From Candidatus Kerfeldbacteria bacterium (lineage in GTDB: Bacteria > Patescibacteriota > Patescibacteriia > UBA10025 > JAHIVO01), in assembly GCA_047946875.1 (NCBI GenBank), contig CP181398.1:335154-399153 (forward strand): a stretch of DNA of 64,000 nucleotides, in the 5' to 3' direction. A program made the translations under genes and the position numbers. Below the pieces are notes generated by a model. That model saw only the letters and a list, made by a program, of their open reading frames with translations, had not been told where the DNA came from and did not search any database. Below, in pieces: positions 28,328-38,524 of the stretch. Positions within the stretch are counted from its first letter, which is position 1. Each line of letters opens with the position of its first letter.

Positions 28328-29998
28328 ATGGATATATCTACATTTCTTAAAAAAAATATGCATATACTCATTCTTGCATTTGTAGGGATTGTATTTGTAA
28401 TAATTTATTCATGGCTATATTCAGGTATTGAACCAAAATTCTCTTCACCAGACGAAACGGCGAATTATTTTTTTACAAATTTATTTGCTAACGAGAGTCA
28501 GCTAAAATATTATGAACCATTAAATCAATTAGTGGATGGGGTAGTGATGCCTAGAAGTATGGGATTTGTAGATGGATATACGGTGCCAAGTAGTTTCTTA
28601 GGAATGATAATAATATTTGGTTTGATTGCAAAAGTTTTAGGTACGGGAATAATTTTGTTATTAACTCCGATATTTTCAGTAATTGGAGTTATATTTTTTT
28701 ATTTATTATTAAAGAATATTTTTACAAAAAATATTGCATTTATTTCTTCATTATTATTATTTTTTTTACCAACATATTGGTTGTATAGTTCAAGAGGGAT
28801 GTTTCATAATATCTTATTTATTTCTTTATTAATTATAGGTTTTTATTATTTGGTATTGCTTTTGAGAGGCAAAGCAAGTAATAAAAAAATGATATTATTT
28901 TCATCTTTAAGTGGATTTTTTCTAGGACTCTCAATAATTACTAGGATGTCTGAGATTGTATGGGTTGGTTTGATCGTATTAGTTTTATTAGTATATAAAA
29001 GGAATAAGTTAGATTGGAAGTTGATTGTTTCTTTTTTGGTCCCAGTAGTTTTACTTTTAGGTACATTAATAACTATTAATTATCAAATATATGGAGGACC
29101 TTTGCCTGCAACGTATTCTTCACAATTAGTTGAATCGTCGGTAACTGCCTCATCATCAAGTAATTTGATAAAAACTATAGGAAATTTAATATTTCCATTT
29201 GGATTAAATTTTGAACTTATTGGCAAGGCGCTACATCAATATTTGGTGCTTATATTTCCTTGGTATTCTATTTTACTATTAACCAGTATTATTTGGTTTT
29301 GTAAAAATGTTATTTTCAGTAAGGTTAGTAAAATATTTCCAGAAGTAAAGAAGTTTGCTAATGATGTACCAAAAAAGATTATAATATATTTTTTAACTTT
29401 TTTAATAATGTCAGTATGGCTGATACTATATTATGGATCATTTGAATTTTACGAATATATTGACAAAACAAAAATTATTTTTAGTTCCTCGTATTTAAGA
29501 TATTGGCTACCTATATATATTTTTGGCATTCCATTATTAGTTATGGGAGTAGTTAATATTGCAAGTCTATTTAAGTCTAAAAGAGCTGCTAAGTTAGTCA
29601 CTTTTTTGTTAATTATAGGTTTTGTCTATTTTTCTTTAGCTACTACAATAGTAGATCCTTTGCATGGTATTAGTCAGGTAAAGCGAAATAATATAAGAAG
29701 TTTGGAAATTTCAACTGAAATTAACGATATAACTTCTACTGATTCAATTATTATATCTGGCTTTGCTGACAAAGTATTTTTCCCTGAAAGAAAAGTAGTT
29801 GTTGAGCTTCCAGGCGATGCTAGAAATAAAGCAAAGGTATTATCAGTATTGTTAGACAATACTACAGTTTATTATTATCATAGTATGCTTGATAATGACT
29901 CTGTGAAAACGATTGAAGAATTAAAAAAACTAAATGTAAGGTTCAACAAAATTAATCAATTTGAGGATGATTATACCATTCTATATCAGTTGCAATAG
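28328..29998 (+). CDS. Polytopic membrane protein, putative GT-C fold glycosyltransferase (PMT/ArnT-like)
   Basis: 556 aa. The N-terminal 420 aa are multi-TM with an early extracytoplasmic SSPDETANYFF (DE..Y) motif reminiscent of GT39/GT83 enzymes; the C-terminal soluble domain is not recognised. Confidence 0.35.
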   Translation: MDISTFLKKNMHILILAFVGIVFVIIYSWLYSGIEPKFSSPDETANYFFTNLFANESQLKYYEPLNQLVDGVVMPRSMGFVDGYTVPSSFLGMIIIFGLIAKVLGTGIILLLTPIFSVIGVIFFYLLLKNIFTKNIAFISSLLLFFLPTYWLYSSRGMFHNILFISLLIIGFYYLVLLLRGKASNKKMILFSSLSGFFLGLSIITRMSEIVWVGLIVLVLLVYKRNKLDWKLIVSFLVPVVLLLGTLITINYQIYGGPLPATYSSQLVESSVTASSSSNLIKTIGNLIFPFGLNFELIGKALHQYLVLIFPWYSILLLTSIIWFCKNVIFSKVSKIFPEVKKFANDVPKKIIIYFLTFLIMSVWLILYYGSFEFYEYIDKTKIIFSSSYLRYWLPIYIFGIPLLVMGVVNIASLFKSKRAAKLVTFLLIIGFVYFSLATTIVDPLHGISQVKRNNIRSLEISTEINDITSTDSIIISGFADKVFFPERKVVVELPGDARNKAKVLSVLLDNTTVYYYHSMLDNDSVKTIEELKKLNVRFNKINQFEDDYTILYQLQ

Positions 29999-30040
29999 GC
30001 TTTATTTTTATGTATAGTAATAACTATTATATATTAGAGA

Positions 30041-31804
30041 ATGAAACAAAATTATATAAAAAAAAGTAATAAATTAGTATCATTTATAAAACTCATTATA
30101 TGGATTGTCCCAGTAATCATTTTTGCGTTTATTATAAACAGTAATTTTGCTCCATTAGGAATTTTGGATATCGAATATAACGTAAATGAAGATTCTAATT
30201 TGGTTAGGAATTTTGCAAATAAAGAGCCCGATAAATTAATTGGAACTATCAATCCAGCAACTAATAATGATTATTATCAACTGATTACTACAACGCCAGT
30301 ATATTTTGATGTAAATGTACCTCGTGCATTCACCAAGGCTACAGTAACAATGAAGTATCAAAATATTGATCAACAGCCTGAAATATCATTAGGTGTTAAG
30401 CAAGCGAATAAAGCATATTATTATAAAGATATGGCTTTTTTTAATGAATCATTAGAAAATCTCAGTGATCATTGGAATAAAATTGATGATGCAGATGCAA
30501 CATTGTGGCAAAAGGATGTAGATTATTACAATGCCAAACAATCAGAAATAGATATTTTGGACGAATTGAAAGAGGGAGAAATGCTAAAATTGAATAATGA
30601 ATTTCCAGATGAGTTCAAATCAACACTAGATAAGCAGAATTTTGATAATAAGGAGGATCTAATTTTGAAAGAGTATAAAGATAAAGTAAAAGTAGCTATC
30701 GATGAAGTGAAAGATAAAAAAAATAATTCATTAGAATATTTATCAATAAATGATTTTTTCAGTAATTTTCCCGAACCAACGAAAGTATTAAAGTTTAATT
30801 ACGATTTAGATTCTTTTCTAGAGATCCCTGGATATGAGCAGAGCAATAAGGTTTTGGAAATAAATAAAAGTTTAAGAGGTAGTCATGAGATATATACTTA
30901 CATAGGGAGTGGTGAAGATCTAAATTTTATTTTTACACTACAGGATAGCAATAGGCATAATGGTGAAGATGTATTAAATGTAAAGGTATATAACAGTAAA
31001 AACGAATTAATTGAAGAAGTATCAGCTCCTGATGATGGAGAAATACATGCTACAGGGAAAATTTTACCAGAGAGAAGGCACCAACTATTAATTGAAGATT
31101 TGTCATTTGGGACATACAGATTAATCTTAAATATTCCAGATGATGATATATTTATCAAGAAAATCGAAACTCATCAACATCTGGTAATGTTTAAAAAAAA
31201 TATATATCTTACTGATAATATTGAATATAAAGGGATTATAAATGAAGATAATATTTCTCCAACAACACTTTATACGAATAGTAGTTATGTGAAAGCTAGA
31301 ACATCTCATGACAATGGGTTGCAGGTTTTAAGGGTAGGTAGTAATAATCTAAGATTGGAAGATAAACATATTTTGAATGAGATAAAAACTTTAGGGGGGA
31401 TAGTACCAATTGTTTCGCCGAAAAATGATATATATATAGAAGGAGATGGTTTTTTTGCATTTACTAAGGAACAGTTATTTGATCCAAATTTTAGTTCAGT
31501 AAAAAATGTTGATCAAGTGGAAAATATTAATGAATTTGATTTTATCCTTTCAAAATATCCAAAAGTTGAATTTGAAAGTAATTGGCAAATAGCTAGTGCA
31601 TCAGTTGAAGCTCCCTACTTATTCATAAATGAAGGTAAAGATAAAATAATAAATTTCATGATTGATTTACCGGGGTTACCTGAGAATGATCGACAGCTCA
31701 AAATAAATCAAATTAATATTAGGTTTGAAAAAGATCCAATAACTTTTTCGAGAGTATTGACGAAAATTAGACAATTTTTTAGCAATATTAAAGCAAAGTT
31801 TTAA
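30041..31804 (+). CDS. Hypothetical membrane-anchored extracytoplasmic protein
   Basis: 587 aa with a single N-terminal TM helix (LIIWIVPVIIFAFII), then a large Asn/Asp/Lys-rich domain without recognisable motifs. Confidence 0.3.
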   Translation: MKQNYIKKSNKLVSFIKLIIWIVPVIIFAFIINSNFAPLGILDIEYNVNEDSNLVRNFANKEPDKLIGTINPATNNDYYQLITTTPVYFDVNVPRAFTKATVTMKYQNIDQQPEISLGVKQANKAYYYKDMAFFNESLENLSDHWNKIDDADATLWQKDVDYYNAKQSEIDILDELKEGEMLKLNNEFPDEFKSTLDKQNFDNKEDLILKEYKDKVKVAIDEVKDKKNNSLEYLSINDFFSNFPEPTKVLKFNYDLDSFLEIPGYEQSNKVLEINKSLRGSHEIYTYIGSGEDLNFIFTLQDSNRHNGEDVLNVKVYNSKNELIEEVSAPDDGEIHATGKILPERRHQLLIEDLSFGTYRLILNIPDDDIFIKKIETHQHLVMFKKNIYLTDNIEYKGIINEDNISPTTLYTNSSYVKARTSHDNGLQVLRVGSNNLRLEDKHILNEIKTLGGIVPIVSPKNDIYIEGDGFFAFTKEQLFDPNFSSVKNVDQVENINEFDFILSKYPKVEFESNWQIASASVEAPYLFINEGKDKIINFMIDLPGLPENDRQLKINQINIRFEKDPITFSRVLTKIRQFFSNIKAKF

Positions 31805-31806
31805 AA

Positions 31807-32223
31807 ATGTTATTACCAAAAAACAACGAAGATAGAAATAATATCATTCAGGGGGTGAAAGAAATCGTTAATGAAATTTTTAAAGTATCATTAATAAGTT
31901 ATTTTTTATTTTTGTTAATAGAATCTGCTAATCCTGGTTTTGTAGAGGGTTATTTTAATTTAACTATATTGATATACGTAGTAATTTGTACAGGGTTAAT
32001 ATCTTTAATATTTAAAGAAGAAGACATAGAAATTGTTAATACGAAATATAAAGTATCTGACTGGTTAATGATTATATTTATTGGAATTTGTGCTATGATA
32101 TTTATCTATTTCCAGATTGAGGATTTAGGAAATTTGTCATATTATATATCTATCTTAGCTGGCATAATAATAATTTTAGTATCATTTTTCTTACTTAACG
32201 ATAATGATATTGAAGATAAATAA
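31807..32223 (+). CDS. Small hypothetical membrane protein
   Basis: 138 aa with 4 predicted TM segments; start is 3 nt after the preceding stop. Confidence 0.3.
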   Translation: MLLPKNNEDRNNIIQGVKEIVNEIFKVSLISYFLFLLIESANPGFVEGYFNLTILIYVVICTGLISLIFKEEDIEIVNTKYKVSDWLMIIFIGICAMIFIYFQIEDLGNLSYYISILAGIIIILVSFFLLNDNDIEDK

Positions 32224-32253
32224 TAATTTTTAAATAATAAGTAAATAATATAT

Positions 32254-33510
32254 ATGCAAAACGACGTAAAAAATATAAACTTAGCATCTCATGGAGTTAA
32301 GAGAATCGAATGGGCAGATAATGATATGCCGGTTCTTAGAAATGTACGAGCTAAGTTTGCTAAGAATAAACCATTTAAAGGGCAAAAAATGTCTGCCTGT
32401 CTTCATGTGACTGCCGAAACTGCTAATTTAGTTAGAGCACTTAAAGCTGGTGGAGCTGATATATTATTAGTTGCTTCTAATCCTTTATCTACTCAAGATG
32501 ATGTGGCTGCTGCTTTGGTAAAATATTATAAAATACCAGTTTTGGCTATTCGTGGTGAAGATAAAGCTACATATTATAAACATCTTAATGCTGCTTTGGT
32601 TCGTAAACCAGTTATTACTATGGATGACGGTGCAGACCTTATTTCACTTTTACATAATAAATATAAAGCTTGGGCACCAAAGGTCATGGGTTCTATGGAA
32701 GAGACTACAACTGGCGTTATTCGTCTCAAGGCTATGGAAAAAGCTGGTAAATTGGAATTACCAGTAATTGCTGTTAACGATGCTCAAACCAAAAATATGT
32801 TTGATAATCGCTATGGAACTGGTCAATCTACAGTTGATGGTATAATTAGGGCCACAGATATGTTAATAGCTGGAAAATATATAGTAACTGCTGGTTATGG
32901 TTGGTGTGGACGTGGTTTTGCTATGAGGGCTCGTGGTATGGGTGCTAAAGTAATAGTAACTGAAGTTGATAAGATAAAAGCGTTGGAAGCTGCTATGGAT
33001 GGTTTTGATGTGATGCCAATCAAAGAAGCTGCTAAGATCGGAGATTTGTTTTGTACTTTGACGGGGGATATTCATGTTATCAGACCGGAGCATTTCAAAC
33101 TTATGAAGGATGGTGCTATGGTTTGCAATTCAGGACATTTTGATATAGAGATTGATGTCAAAGGGTTGAAAAAAATGGCAACTTCAGTAAGAAAAAATGT
33201 TCGCAACTTTGTAGATGAATATACGGTTGGTAAAAAAAGAATATTTGTATTGGCTGGTGGTCGACTTATCAATCTAGCAGCCGCTGAGGGTCATCCAGCA
33301 AGTGTAATGGATATGAGTTTTTCTACTCAATCTTTGGCTAGTGAATATGTTGCTAAAAATTATAAAAAATTAAACAATAAGGTATATGATGTCCCACAAG
33401 ATATAGAAGATTATGTAGCTGATTTAAAATTAAAAGCAATGGGTATAAATATTGATAAATTAACTCCTGAGCAAGAAGAATATCTTTCTTCTTGGAATAT
33501 GGGTACTTAG
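32254..33510 (+). CDS. ahcY: Adenosylhomocysteinase (S-adenosyl-L-homocysteine hydrolase)
   Basis: [42 protein letters not shown] and the NAD-binding [26 protein letters not shown] motif. Confidence 0.9.
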   Translation: MQNDVKNINLASHGVKRIEWADNDMPVLRNVRAKFAKNKPFKGQKMSACLHVTAETANLVRALKAGGADILLVASNPLSTQDDVAAALVKYYKIPVLAIRGEDKATYYKHLNAALVRKPVITMDDGADLISLLHNKYKAWAPKVMGSMEETTTGVIRLKAMEKAGKLELPVIAVNDAQTKNMFDNRYGTGQSTVDGIIRATDMLIAGKYIVTAGYGWCGRGFAMRARGMGAKVIVTEVDKIKALEAAMDGFDVMPIKEAAKIGDLFCTLTGDIHVIRPEHFKLMKDGAMVCNSGHFDIEIDVKGLKKMATSVRKNVRNFVDEYTVGKKRIFVLAGGRLINLAAAEGHPASVMDMSFSTQSLASEYVAKNYKKLNNKVYDVPQDIEDYVADLKLKAMGINIDKLTPEQEEYLSSWNMGT

Positions 33511-33514
33511 AACA

Positions 33515-34042
33515 ATGAAAGATCCCTGGAAAAAAATATCGTCTAAAACCGTATATAAAAATCTGTGGGTTAAGGTAGTAGAAGATCAGGTTATTAGACC
33601 GGATAAAAAAAAGGGTATATATGGGTGTGTAAAAACTAATAATTCAGTAGCCGTAATTGCTTTGACAAATAAAAAAGAAATATTTTTAATAAAGCAGTGG
33701 CGTTATGTTTATCAAAGGCAAACTATTGAATTGCCTTGGGGTGGTATAGAAAAAGGTGAGACCTCTCTAAATGCAGCTAAACGAGAATTAAAAGAAGAAG
33801 CAGGTGTAACTGCAAAAAAATGGAAACTGATTAGGAAGCTAGATCTCTATCCAGGAATTTCTACTGAGTCAGTCTATTTATATCTAGCATTCGATTTACG
33901 TATTGGAAAAAATCATCCAGAGGGCAATGAAGAAATTGAAGTATTAAAGATGTCACTTGAAAAAGCTCAAATGATGGTGTTGAATAAGAAGATAATAGAT
34001 TCGATCGCAATTAATGGAATTTATTTTGCAAGTTTCATATAA
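33515..34042 (+). CDS. NUDIX hydrolase (ADP-ribose/nucleoside diphosphate-sugar pyrophosphatase-like)
   Basis: Canonical Nudix box GGIEKGETSLNAAKRELKEEAGV. Confidence 0.8.
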   Translation: MKDPWKKISSKTVYKNLWVKVVEDQVIRPDKKKGIYGCVKTNNSVAVIALTNKKEIFLIKQWRYVYQRQTIELPWGGIEKGETSLNAAKRELKEEAGVTAKKWKLIRKLDLYPGISTESVYLYLAFDLRIGKNHPEGNEEIEVLKMSLEKAQMMVLNKKIIDSIAINGIYFASFI

Positions 34043-34061
34043 AAATTAATATTTAAATAAT

Positions 34062-35153
34062 ATGAATTTATTAGTTACAGGCGGGGCAGGATTTATAGGT
34101 AGTAATTTTATTCATTATTGGATGAAACACCATCCAAAAGATAATATTGTTAATTATGATAAATTAACCTATGCTGGCAATCTTGATAATGTAAAGAAAT
34201 TTGTAGGGCAAGATAATTATAAATTTATTAAGGCCGATATTTGTGATATAAAAAAAGTAATTGATGCAATGTGTATTAATAAAATCGACACAATAGTCCA
34301 CTTTGCGGCTCAATCACATGTTGACCGTTCAGTTATGTTGGAGGATAGTAGTAAATTAAATGCTTCAGAATTGTTTACTGCATCGATAGATAATGATTTC
34401 GTACTTAATAATGTTTGGGGTACAAATGTCTTATTGAAAGCAGCGGTAGAAGTTTGGGAAGAGTCTGGATTTAAAGGTAAGCATTTTCATCATATATCTA
34501 CTGATGAAGTATATGGCGCTTTAGCATTAGATGATACAAAGAAGTTTGATGAAAATACGGTTTATGATCCTAGAAGTCCATATTCTGCTTCTAAGGCTGC
34601 CTCTGACCATTTAGTTAAGGCGTATCATACTACGTTTGGATTACCTGTAACTATCTCAAATACTTCAAATAATTACGGACCATATCAATATCCCGAGAAA
34701 TTATTACCAGTAGCGATTACAAATTTAATGAACGATGAGAAAGTACCTATTTACGGTGATGGTAAATATGTGAGAGATTGGTTGTACGTTGATGATCATT
34801 GTCGTGGTATTGAACTAATATTGGATAAAGGTAAGGTAGGTGAGACATATTGTATTGGTGGATTGGATGATGACGTAAATAATTTAGAATTGATCAAAAG
34901 AATGTTGAAGATAATGGGTAAACCGGATGACATGCTCGAATTTATTAAGGATCGTCCCGGACATGATCGACGTTATGCTATTGATTTCAGCAAGGCAGAA
35001 AAAGAACTTGGTTACCGGCCATTACATGATTTGGATACTTATTTAGAAAAAACTATTGAATGGTATAAAGATAATCAGGTATGGTGGAAAAAAATATTAG
35101 CCAAGAAAGCTCATCAGGATTATATTAAGAAGCAATATAAAGATCGTAAATAA
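34062..35153 (+). CDS. rfbB: dTDP-glucose 4,6-dehydratase
   Basis: LLVTGGAGFIGSNFIHYW, HISTDEVYG, PYSASKAASDHLVKAYHTTFGLPVTISNTSNNYGPYQYPEKLLP: canonical RmlB motifs. Confidence 0.85.
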   Translation: MNLLVTGGAGFIGSNFIHYWMKHHPKDNIVNYDKLTYAGNLDNVKKFVGQDNYKFIKADICDIKKVIDAMCINKIDTIVHFAAQSHVDRSVMLEDSSKLNASELFTASIDNDFVLNNVWGTNVLLKAAVEVWEESGFKGKHFHHISTDEVYGALALDDTKKFDENTVYDPRSPYSASKAASDHLVKAYHTTFGLPVTISNTSNNYGPYQYPEKLLPVAITNLMNDEKVPIYGDGKYVRDWLYVDDHCRGIELILDKGKVGETYCIGGLDDDVNNLELIKRMLKIMGKPDDMLEFIKDRPGHDRRYAIDFSKAEKELGYRPLHDLDTYLEKTIEWYKDNQVWWKKILAKKAHQDYIKKQYKDRK

Positions 35154-35238
35154 ATTGATTTGACATTTGTAGTAAATGGAGTAAGATTTTTGTTGTAAAA
35201 AAAATACATAGATCTTTGAAATATTAAGGAGGGCAATA

Positions 35239-36345
35239 ATGAAAAAAGCCGATTTTTTAGTTATAGGAGCTGGTGTAGTAGGTTGTGCAATTGCAAAGAA
35301 AATAAAAGAAGAATTTCCAGGTAGATCCGTTCTCGTGTTAGAAAAGAACGACAAACCTGGTTTGGAAACCAGTCAATTTAATAGTGGTGTTATTCATTCT
35401 GGAATTCATTTGAATCCTGATTTTTTGAAAGCTAGGCTAGCTAAAGAGAGCGGTGATTTAATAATAGATTATTGTAAGTTGTATGGAGTTCCGTATCGCC
35501 AATCCGGAATGTATATTTTGGTTTCTGGTAAAGACTTTATACATTTAGGTGGTCAGATTAAATCGTTTTTTAGTTTGATGAAAAGAGCAAAAATCCAAGG
35601 AATTGATAGGAGGATTTTAACTGGACATCAAATTAAGATGAGCGAGTCATCACTCAAGGCTGTTTTTGGAATTCATCTCAAGCAAGTTTACGTGATTGAC
35701 CCTGTAAAATTTGTATTGTCTTTGTATGATACATCAGTAACAAATGGGGTAGATTATTCTTTTGGGTCAGAGGTTGTTGGAATTTATACACAAGACAATG
35801 AATGGATAATCGAAACTGTTAAGCAATCATATTACGCAAACTGTGTTATTAATGCAGCGGGATTACATGCAGAGGATATTTCTAAGTTAGCGGGGTTGGA
35901 TTGTCCAATAGTCCACTATTACCGTGGAGAATATTACGAAGTAATTGATTCAAAAAGTCACCTTGTAAACACTTTAGTTTATCCCGTTACAAGGCCTGGT
36001 AGTCCTGGTCTTGGAATTCATCTAACTAAGACGTTGGGTGGAAAATTACTATTAGGACCAAATGCTACTTTACTTAGTGGTAATAAGGATGAAAATCGGA
36101 CTGATCCTAGATTTTTTTGGGAGGCAGTTAGGCCGTTTTTCCCTGAGTTAGAACTAGAAGATATTAGGTGGTCATTTTCTGGTGTTCGTACAAAATTATC
36201 ATCTGGTACTGGTGAAGCAGATTTTTATATCAAATTGGAGAATACCAAGGTACCTTGGGTTAATCTGGTAGGTATAGAATCACCTGGGCTCACTTCTTCT
36301 ATGGCAATAGGTAGTTATGTATCGAAAATCCTCAGATTACTTTGA
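35239..36345 (+). CDS. FAD-dependent oxidoreductase, L-2-hydroxyglutarate oxidase/dehydrogenase (LhgO)-like
   Basis: DFLVIGAGVVGCAIAKKI dinucleotide motif and VLEKNDKPGLETSQFNSGVIHSGIHLNP, closely matching the LhgO/L2HGDH family. Confidence 0.55.
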   Translation: MKKADFLVIGAGVVGCAIAKKIKEEFPGRSVLVLEKNDKPGLETSQFNSGVIHSGIHLNPDFLKARLAKESGDLIIDYCKLYGVPYRQSGMYILVSGKDFIHLGGQIKSFFSLMKRAKIQGIDRRILTGHQIKMSESSLKAVFGIHLKQVYVIDPVKFVLSLYDTSVTNGVDYSFGSEVVGIYTQDNEWIIETVKQSYYANCVINAAGLHAEDISKLAGLDCPIVHYYRGEYYEVIDSKSHLVNTLVYPVTRPGSPGLGIHLTKTLGGKLLLGPNATLLSGNKDENRTDPRFFWEAVRPFFPELELEDIRWSFSGVRTKLSSGTGEADFYIKLENTKVPWVNLVGIESPGLTSSMAIGSYVSKILRLL

Positions 36346-36398
36346 GGATTTTTTTTATTTTGATATAATATCTACTATAAAGAAATAACAAATTTATT

Positions 36399-37235
36399 AT
36401 GAAAATTATTATAATTGGAGCAAATGGTATGCTTGGTCAAGAATTAGCTCAGGTTTATGCTGAAAGTAAACCTTTACTTTGGGATATTAAAGAACTTGAT
36501 ATTACTAATAGAGAACAGGTAATGAATAAAATTAGTAAACAAAAGGCGGATATTGTTTTTAATGCAGCTGCATTCAATGATGTAGATGGTGCAGAAGAAA
36601 AAGAGGATATTGCTATGAGTGTAAACGGTATTGGACCTGGGAATTTAGCTGAAGCTGTTCAAAGTTACGGAGGTATATTGGTACAATACAGCACGGATTA
36701 TGTTTTTAAGGGGGATAAGAAAGAAGGATATATTGAAGTTGATCAGCCAGATCCTCAGTCGGTTTATGCTAAGTCAAAACATATGGGTGAAATTCAAGTA
36801 GCTAAGCATTGTGATAAGTATTATATTATTAGACTATCCAAATTGTTTGGTAGGCCAGCAATAGCTGAGAATTCGAAAAAAAGTTTTGTTGATATGATGA
36901 TTGGGTTAGCAAAAGATAAGGACGAACTAAATGTTGTAGATGAAGAATTATCAGCTCCTGCTTACGCTCCTGATCTTGCAAACAGATCTAAAGAAATAGT
37001 AGATACTAAACAACCATATGGTATTTATCACGCTTGTAATTCAGGCGTATGTACTTGGTATGATCTAGTCAAAGAGACATTTACGATTAAAGATATAGAT
37101 GTTAAAGTAAATTCAGTACCAGGAAGTTTTTATCCAAGACCTGCAGCTAGGCCTATGTATTCAATTTTATTAAATACAAAAATGCCAGAGATCAGATCTT
37201 GGCAAGAAGCTCTAAAAGAATATTTAACAAACTAG
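36399..37235 (+). CDS. rfbD: dTDP-4-dehydrorhamnose reductase
   Basis: MKIIIIGANGMLGQELAQ N-terminus and YAKSK catalytic pair; 278 aa, sits immediately before rmlC. Confidence 0.8.
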   Translation: MKIIIIGANGMLGQELAQVYAESKPLLWDIKELDITNREQVMNKISKQKADIVFNAAAFNDVDGAEEKEDIAMSVNGIGPGNLAEAVQSYGGILVQYSTDYVFKGDKKEGYIEVDQPDPQSVYAKSKHMGEIQVAKHCDKYYIIRLSKLFGRPAIAENSKKSFVDMMIGLAKDKDELNVVDEELSAPAYAPDLANRSKEIVDTKQPYGIYHACNSGVCTWYDLVKETFTIKDIDVKVNSVPGSFYPRPAARPMYSILLNTKMPEIRSWQEALKEYLTN

Positions 37236-37781
37236 ATGGAAATAGAAAAAACAAAATTTAAAGATGCTTTCGTTATCAATCCAAAAGTATTTGGAGATCA
37301 TCGTGGTTTTTTTGTAGAAACTTATAGAGAAGAGTGGTTTAAGGATATGGGTTTAGAAATTCATTTTGTCCAAGATAATCATTCTAAATCTGCCGAAGTT
37401 GATGTATTGCGTGGTTTACATTATCAAGCACCGCCACATGCTCAATCAAAGTTAGTTAGAGTTACTAAGGGATTAGTGTATGATGTGATTGTGGATATTC
37501 GAAAAGAGTCTGATACTTATGGACAGTGGCAAGGATTTGAATTAACAGAAAAGAATTTCAAAATATTGTTCGTACCCAAAGGATTTGCTCATGGATTTTG
37601 TACACTTGAACCAAATACAGAATTTATGTATAAGGTTGATAATCTTTACAATGCTGAGTCAGAAGGCGGTATCATTTGGAATGATCCTACATTAAATATT
37701 GATTGGAAAGTAAAAGAACCAATTCTTTCAGATAAAGATACTGAGTTGGTTGAGTTTAAAAATCTGAAATCACCCTTCTAA
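37236..37781 (+). CDS. rfbC: dTDP-4-dehydrorhamnose 3,5-epimerase
   Basis: LRGLHYQAPPHAQSKLVRVTKGLVYDVIVDIRKES: canonical RmlC active-site region; 181 aa. Confidence 0.85.
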   Translation: MEIEKTKFKDAFVINPKVFGDHRGFFVETYREEWFKDMGLEIHFVQDNHSKSAEVDVLRGLHYQAPPHAQSKLVRVTKGLVYDVIVDIRKESDTYGQWQGFELTEKNFKILFVPKGFAHGFCTLEPNTEFMYKVDNLYNAESEGGIIWNDPTLNIDWKVKEPILSDKDTELVEFKNLKSPF

Positions 37782-37798
37782 ATATTAATAAGAATTTT

Positions 37799-38524
37799 AT
37801 GAAAGGCATAATATTAGCTGGAGGAAAAGCAACTAGATTACGACCGTTAACAAAAATAACTAGTAAACAATTATTACCGCTTTATAATAAGCCAATGATT
37901 TTTTTTCCATTACTTACTTTGATTAATGCTGGAATTAAAGAAATTCTAATTATTATTGCTCCTGATTACGCTGGACATTTTTTACACTTACTGGGGTCGG
38001 GTAAGGAATTTGGGGCAAAATTTACTTACGAAATACAAGAAGAACCACGTGGTCTAGCTGATGCTTTTATAATAGGTGAAGATTTTATGGATAATGAGAG
38101 TGTAGCTATGATTTTAGGTGATAATATTTTTGAAGATGAATTGACGGAAGAGATATCAAGCTTTAAGAGTGGAGGGAGAGTATTTGCTAAGAAAGTTCCT
38201 GATCCAGAAAGATACGGGGTAGTTAAATTTGATGAAAATAAAAAAGTATTAGAAATTGTAGAAAAACCAACAGAATGGATTAGTGATTATGCGGTACCAG
38301 GACTTTATATTTATGATAACAAAGTAAGTAAAATAGCCAAAAGTATTAAACCTTCTGAGAGAGGTGAGATTGAAATTACTGATATTAACAATGAATACAT
38401 TAAACTAGGTGAGTTGGATGTTAGGAATATAGATGGGGAATGGTTCGATGCTGGCACTTTTGATTCATTGCTAGAAGCAAGTAATTTTGTTGCTAAGCAT
38501 AAGCGGTTAAGTAAATCAATTTAA
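37799..38524 (+). CDS. rfbA: Glucose-1-phosphate thymidylyltransferase-like sugar nucleotidyltransferase (short form)
   Basis: MKGIILAGGKATRLRPLTKITSKQLLPLYNKPMIFFPL, cf. the RmlA GGSGTRL.P.T..K.Q motif. It is 241 aa, shorter than the classic RmlA of about 290 aa. Confidence 0.7.
   Translation: MKGIILAGGKATRLRPLTKITSKQLLPLYNKPMIFFPLLTLINAGIKEILIIIAPDYAGHFLHLLGSGKEFGAKFTYEIQEEPRGLADAFIIGEDFMDNESVAMILGDNIFEDELTEEISSFKSGGRVFAKKVPDPERYGVVKFDENKKVLEIVEKPTEWISDYAVPGLYIYDNKVSKIAKSIKPSERGEIEITDINNEYIKLGELDVRNIDGEWFDAGTFDSLLEASNFVAKHKRLSKSI

Noticed and set aside
29674-35354. Further short ORFs from the six-frame track (29674..29859-, 30052..30252-, 30898..31309-, 32552..32767+, 32863..33272-, 35097..35354-, 42302..42538-, 44258..44599-, 45036..45299+, 46521..46820+, 49344..49553+, 50368..50697+, 51522..51797+, 53219..53551+, 56588..56851-, 58168..58413-, 58892..59172-, 59894..60166-).
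   Set aside because: All overlap strongly supported genes (ahcY, pyrG, rpmA, pilB, mraY, murD, ftsW, etc.) in other frames and carry no recognisable domains.
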